NCBI RefSeq assembly: GCF_036971445.1
Contig: NC_091478.1
Location: forward strand, 104,842,001 to 104,906,000
Direction: 5' to 3'
DNA length: 64,000 nucleotides
Source of the DNA: Narcine bancroftii
Lineage: Eukaryota
Shown here: positions 63,411-64,000 of the stretch, one piece after another
Layout: every line of letters begins with the position of its first letter
Numbering within the stretch: the first letter of the stretch is position 1
Position numbers and translations under genes: made by a program
Notes under the pieces: generated by a model
What the model saw: only the letters and a program-made list of their open reading frames with translations
The model's database searches: none
What the model was told of the DNA's origin: nothing

Positions 63411-64000
63411 CATGTTGTACACTTAAAACAATGGTGGATTCAGAAAATCAGTTTTTCTCATTGAGAATTGTTCTTTGGTTACCACAATAGCTGTTGTGAC
63501 AGGAAGGATCATTTCGAACAGCTGAATTAATGGAAGAAAATTAATTCTTGATAATCATTTGATTTGTGAGATACAGAATCATAGAGTTCTACAGAAAGGA
63601 AACGGGGCCTTTGGAGCAACTTGTCCATGCCAACTAAGTTGTGCCTCAAAGTTTTTCTATTCTGCAGTGCTCTTCAGGCACCTACCATTCACTGTCTAAG
63701 TCCTGCCCTGTTCACCCTACCAAAATGCAAAACCGATAATTTGTACAAGTTCAAGTCAAATTTATTGTCATCTCTGATGCATAACAGGCAGACACATAAC
63801 CAGACATGACACATATACAGACAAAAAAATACATATGCAACAGAAGTATTCATATAAATAAATAAATATTGCTTTGTGACTATAGGAGTTTTGGATAGTT
63901 AGTGTGAACAGTTCCTTTGGTCGTTCAGCATTTTTATTGCATATGGGCATTTCAATTCAAGCTGCCGTTCCTTGACCTGAAATTCATTTAGATCTGGTTG

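Noticed and set aside
1-64000. CRISPR arrays, operons or other prokaryotic systems; most 60-150 aa ORFs
   Set aside because: The sequence is spliced vertebrate DNA, no repeat-spacer arrays are seen, and the short ORFs are TE remnants or random.

Overview
Vertebrate genomic DNA. The repeat complement (CR1, Rex1/Babar, V-SINE/HE1-like, Penelope-like, RTE) points to a cartilaginous fish, probably a ray; the species is an inference. The window holds part of the conserved FOXF1-MTHFSD-FOXC2-FOXL1 cluster. FOXC2 (45196-46614) and FOXL1 (54099-55550) are intronless + strand genes in a CpG-rich, almost transposon-free domain (~40-58.9 kb). The 5' half of MTHFSD lies on the - strand, mostly missed by the ORF track, with coding exons at 18668-18689, 17308-17411, 11634-11747 and 5202-5315; the gene continues off the left edge. 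Most notable: MTHFSD has a tandemly duplicated exon pair only 29 nt apart, so they should be mutually exclusive, and the upstream copy is frameshifted at its natural acceptor. It also has a GC-AG first coding intron and two uORFs. The flanks are dense in decayed retroelements, a Gypsy-type LTR element, Chapaev3/Tigger/hAT DNA elements and Penelope-type termini with hammerhead-like cores. There are two N gaps. Repeat boundaries are approximate, and all homology calls come from reading and recall, not database searches.
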